DNA of 64,000 bases from Terriglobia bacterium (GTDB lineage: Bacteria; Acidobacteriota; Terriglobia; 20CM-2-55-15), in the NCBI GenBank assembly GCA_963664115.2, contig CAXWPJ010000002.1, positions 192,001 to 256,000 on the forward strand. The letters are read 5' to 3'. Below are positions 60,523 through 64,000 of this stretch, piece by piece. The first letter of the stretch is position 1, and each line of letters begins with the position of its first letter. A model generated the notes under the pieces. That model saw nothing but the letters and a program-made list of their open reading frames with translations. It was not told where the DNA came from and did no database searches. The translations under genes and the position numbers were made by a program.

Positions 60523-61341
60523 TTAGTCTTCCGGTTGCTTGCGGAGATCACCATAAAGCAGTTCTTCGGCGAACTCCGGACACTTGAATTCCATGATCTG
60601 CGCGTTCTCTTCGACCCGGCGATAGAGCGGCATGCGTATGGTCCAGGGACGCGAGAACGTATTGGGATCCGTGATCGTAGCCTCGTACATCAAAGTGTCA
60701 GGGCTTCGAGGCGTGTAGCGTTCGACCACCTGCAGGGCGTTGCTGTGGAAGTTCCCTGTCCGGTCGAACCAGGTCTGGTCGTTCTGAGCGCTCACATCGA
60801 TCACCAGCGTGTCCCCCTCCCACCGGCCGTTGGACCACCCCATCCAACTGTCCGCAGGCGCCTCGGTCGCTTCCCCCATATTCACAACGCGAACAGCCCC
60901 TGCATATTCATAGCTGAACAGGACCGTGTCTTGACTCTGAACGATCTGAAACGGAAACGGCATGTATGTGGCTCGTGGCACGCCGGGCAAATAACATTTC
61001 ACTTCGGGATCGAGCATCAGCCTGTCCTCGAAGTTTTGATTTCTTTGCTCCAACGCAGCCGGCAGATACGGGATCGTCCCACCGTCAACGACGCCGATCC
61101 CTGGAGGTACCGCGAACTGTGCGCCAAACTGCGGCAGGACGGCCTGCGACGCAGCATGGGCCTCGATATTCCAGTGTGCCTCACTGAGGCTCTGCCAAAT
61201 CCCGTTCAGATCGGGTCTGCCGTCTGCAAGTCGCGGTGCCTGGTAGGCGGGTACCTGGCCCGCCGCCGTGGTCGGGAACAACCCGGACCCGAGCGTGACT
61301 AATAACATCGCCAGCATAGGAATTTTCAAGCGGCATAGCAT
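60523..61341 (-). CDS. Secreted uncharacterised protein ('G.WEGDT.V' family), copy 4
   Basis: G.PDLNGIW, DP..KC..PGVPR, SWMG.S.G.WEGDTLV, EFKC motifs. Confidence 0.8.
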   Translation of the reverse strand: MLCRLKIPMLAMLLVTLGSGLFPTTAAGQVPAYQAPRLADGRPDLNGIWQSLSEAHWNIEAHAASQAVLPQFGAQFAVPPGIGVVDGGTIPYLPAALEQRNQNFEDRLMLDPEVKCYLPGVPRATYMPFPFQIVQSQDTVLFSYEYAGAVRVVNMGEATEAPADSWMGWSNGRWEGDTLVIDVSAQNDQTWFDRTGNFHSNALQVVERYTPRSPDTLMYEATITDPNTFSRPWTIRMPLYRRVEENAQIMEFKCPEFAEELLYGDLRKQPED

Positions 61342-61772
61342 TCGATCTCTCTCCTCTCCAAAACTACGCTTCAGGGAAACGTGTCCCCTGCTTGTCGGGA
61401 ATGATCCCTTCAAACAGGTCCGATGTCAACGAACATCCGATGGGATTCACAACCCTTACCAGGGCTGTAAATCGACAACTTATGCGTGCAGAACCGTCGC
61501 TTCCTTTCCTGGACCCGGAGGCCACCGATCAATTGAGGACAATCAACGATCCCGCAACGCGTCCTCGTCGTGCCCGCTCCAACGACTGCGACCTCACGTT
61601 GATAAGCGGGACGGAAACCGCTGCCATACACCGTTGCTGCGACCCCGTCTGCCCGGACTCTCCGGAATGTCACGGGCAAAAGCGGCATAATGGACATTAT
61701 GCCGCTAGAGACCGCTGAATTCCCTAACTGCAAGCAACCATTGAATGAAAAGACCTGAACCTACCAAAGTGA

Positions 61773-61816
61773 TTCTCACTGTCCGACAAGGTCTTCTCGG
61801 ACATTGAGAATTTCAC
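61773..61816 (+). repeat. Palindromic site D
   Basis: TTCTCACTGTCCGACAA-GGTC-TTCTCGGACATTGAGAATTTCAC. Confidence 0.75.
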
Positions 61817-62047
61817 CGAACGGAAACTCTCCTCTCGCCTGCCGTTCCTTGGGGTCGTTGCCTGCTCGCCGGGCACCGAGATCCCCGAGGCGTCGGGAGA
61901 CTTGATGTGGTTCGAAGGCGGCCGATTGATCGTGGGGGACGGCAGCGCTATTATCACTGATTCAGCCGGAGGTGACTGCCATGTCCCTGCTTTCGACGTC
62001 CGCTGACCACACACACGCTCACTCCTGAAAAAGATGGGCCCCTGCAT

Positions 62048-63274
62048 GTGACCCGCCGCTGCTTTGGTATAGGGATCTGTCGCAACGTCGCCCCTGAGTT
62101 GTTCGGGGAAGTGCCGGCGGAATCGGGCACAACGGGGGCCGGCGCGTCTGGTCGCCCGGGGTCCTACGAAGCAGTGGCGTTCACCGGCGTGCTACGCCAG
62201 CCCCAAGGTGACGACGATTTCACGGACGCGCGGGAGGCGGCGCGACTCTGCCCCAACGGCGCCATCCGCGTCGCGCCGTTTGCGCGGTCCACGCTGACGA
62301 GCGAACGACGTTCGGCGCCACGGCCGTGGCCCCAGCGCCTCGAAGACAACGTATGGGCCGTGGGACACCCATCACCCAAGAACTTCGGGGCCATGCCGTA
62401 CTTCGTTGAGCTGCCGGGTGGAGGCATACTCGTAGATCTACCTCAACCGAGTGATGCGCTGTTCGAGTGGCTCGACGTGCATGGCGGGGTTCGCTGGATC
62501 TTCATCACCCACCGTGACCACGCCTCTCACCACCGCGCCTTCGCCGAACGATTTCCGGACTGTCGGCGAGTGATTGGCGCGGATGACGTGGTCATGCGCG
62601 AGACGAAATACCGGGCCGGGACGATGGACGTCGAGGTCAAGTTAGACAGTCGCACCGTCGTGTCGCTTGACGGCACGCCGATCCCGGTCGATGAACTCGA
62701 CCATGCCGAGTGTGCCGTCATTCCGCAGCCGGGGCACACACCTGGCTCGCTTTGCCTTCTGTACCGCGACCGCTTCTTGTTTAGTGGCGATCACCTCCAC
62801 TACTCGCGCCTCCAGGAGGCCGTCGTGGCGGCGCGTCTCGTATGCTGGGAAGACTGGGAGCGCCAAACGGATTCGGTTCGGACGCTCGCACGATTGGCCG
62901 AGGCCGGCCGCCTCCGGTTTGACTGGCTGCTCGCGGGACACGGTGAGTGGCATCACTTCACACCCGATGGTGGTGGCGCGCTGGCTGCGCTCAAGGAAAC
63001 AGTGGAATGGATGGGCCAGCAGCCGCCCGGGCGCACCTCCTTGGTCAACTGGGTAACATTCGTGTTCATGCGCACGAAGCCCCGCAGTCGACTTGTTCGC
63101 GTGCTGCGCCTGATTGGCGGGGAGAGCGACGATACGTGGGTGCTGCCTCACGCAGTAAGGCACTACGTTCCTGATCACGACCCAACAGCTGCGCACGCGG
63201 CGATCCGCCGCGCATACGCAATCGGCGCGGTCGCCCTCGCAGGACTTGTCCTGCTTGTGCACGGACTACTCTAA
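62048..63274 (+). CDS. Ferredoxin-fused MBL-fold metallo-hydrolase
   Basis: CFGIGIC...CP..AI; THRDH, PGHTPGS, FSGDH, L.GHG motifs; C-terminal TM segment. Confidence 0.8.
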   Translation: MTRRCFGIGICRNVAPELFGEVPAESGTTGAGASGRPGSYEAVAFTGVLRQPQGDDDFTDAREAARLCPNGAIRVAPFARSTLTSERRSAPRPWPQRLEDNVWAVGHPSPKNFGAMPYFVELPGGGILVDLPQPSDALFEWLDVHGGVRWIFITHRDHASHHRAFAERFPDCRRVIGADDVVMRETKYRAGTMDVEVKLDSRTVVSLDGTPIPVDELDHAECAVIPQPGHTPGSLCLLYRDRFLFSGDHLHYSRLQEAVVAARLVCWEDWERQTDSVRTLARLAEAGRLRFDWLLAGHGEWHHFTPDGGGALAALKETVEWMGQQPPGRTSLVNWVTFVFMRTKPRSRLVRVLRLIGGESDDTWVLPHAVRHYVPDHDPTAAHAAIRRAYAIGAVALAGLVLLVHGLL

Positions 63275-63290
63275 GCTCTGCTCCGGAAGC

Positions 63291-63636
63291 GTTGGAGGTG
63301 CGGTGCGGCAAAGCGTATCAGTGAACGGGGGGACGCAGCCAATGTGGACCGCCAACGGTGAACTCTTTTGTCGGACGTTGTCGGGCGACAGAATGATGGT
63401 GGTCGAAGTCTCTCTCGGACCGGACCTGGTGCTTGGCGGAACGCAGCAATTGTTCGAGGCGTTTTATGACATGGGTCCGGGTGGTCCATACTGAAACTAC
63501 GACGTGACAGCCGACAGCCAGCGATTCCTCATAGTCCAGAACACCCCGATTACAAACAGCGAGGCAGTGCCGCCCCCGAATCAACATCGTCCTGAACTGG
63601 TTTTAAGAACTGAAGGAGCGGGTGCCGGTACCTTAA
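63291..63636 (+). pseudogene. 3' remnant of a Ser/Thr kinase-PD40 (TolB-like) gene
   Basis: VSVNGGTQPMW...GELF...YDVTADSQRFL...INIVLNWF*ELKERVPVP*, with two stops and a frameshift. Confidence 0.8.
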
Positions 63637-63643
63637 TTTTCCG

Positions 63644-63685
63644 GGTCAAGTCCTGATAAATCTTCTCGGACCTTGAGATTTCACA
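63644..63685 (+). repeat. Palindromic site E
   Basis: GGTCAAGTCCTGATAA-ATC-TTCTCGGACCTTGAGATTTCACA; equals site A minus one ATC. Confidence 0.85.
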
Positions 63686-63770
63686 TCGCCGGACCGAAAC
63701 AATCTGTAGCTCCGAAAATCGGGACTTTTTCATGGGAACTCCTGATCTCAATATGCCAAAATGCTCCATG
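63686..63770 (-). pseudogene. IS3-family orfA 5' remnant
   Basis: AGGAG RBS then MKKSRFSELQIVSV; similarity ends at site E. Confidence 0.55.
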
Positions 63771-64000
63771 TATGACCTGTCTTTGTTTACGGGAAGCTTA
63801 CGCAGGCATTCTACGATCAATCGTTTGAGATCCTTGGTCAACTAACTGCTAGGTCTCCTGTAGCAGAACGCGCCCCGCCCAATTTTAACCGGCGAATCCA
63901 TGATCGCGCCGTTCTTGCTTTTGCCATGTGCGGAGCCCCGGCCGGGCAATTTTTGAAGGCAGTTCGCAGGAGGTATTTCAGATGCTCCAATCCCTAAGTT

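Overview
This is a GC-rich bacterial chromosome segment; the gene content (PD40/kinase tails, DUF6152/DUF5916/DUF3500 secreted proteins) suggests Acidobacteriota, by inference only. It has three zones. (1) About 1-16.8 kb is a decayed accessory island: the 5' end of a phage-type tyrosine integrase, two inverted IS1380 copies in ACTAGT sites, a tyrosine-recombinase/IS91-like element, IS30, IS3 and IS630 elements, and several truncated cargo genes. (2) About 16.9-52 kb is core genome: two tRNA-Glu, tRNA-fMet, msrA, imuA-imuB-dnaE2 behind an SOS box, feoAB behind a Fur box, proS, an ICM-like mutase, PBP1b, a CCA enzyme, gcdH, rsmA-rnj-uppP-ftsK, pgm and ftsB, punctuated by REP-like palindromes. 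(3) About 52-64 kb is a cluster of paralogous secreted proteins followed by a second small accessory patch. The main unexplained signal is a ~40-bp imperfect palindrome with an 11-6-11 recombinase-site-like core. It occurs five times, only in the accessory zones, and lies between single cargo genes. Three copies directly follow an orphan '...ELKERVP(V/L)P*' kinase-gene tail, and one is split by IS30. This is a candidate integron-like or dif-module-like cassette system. A candidate CsrA-sponge-like sRNA with GGA-loop hairpins lies at about 42.2-42.45 kb.
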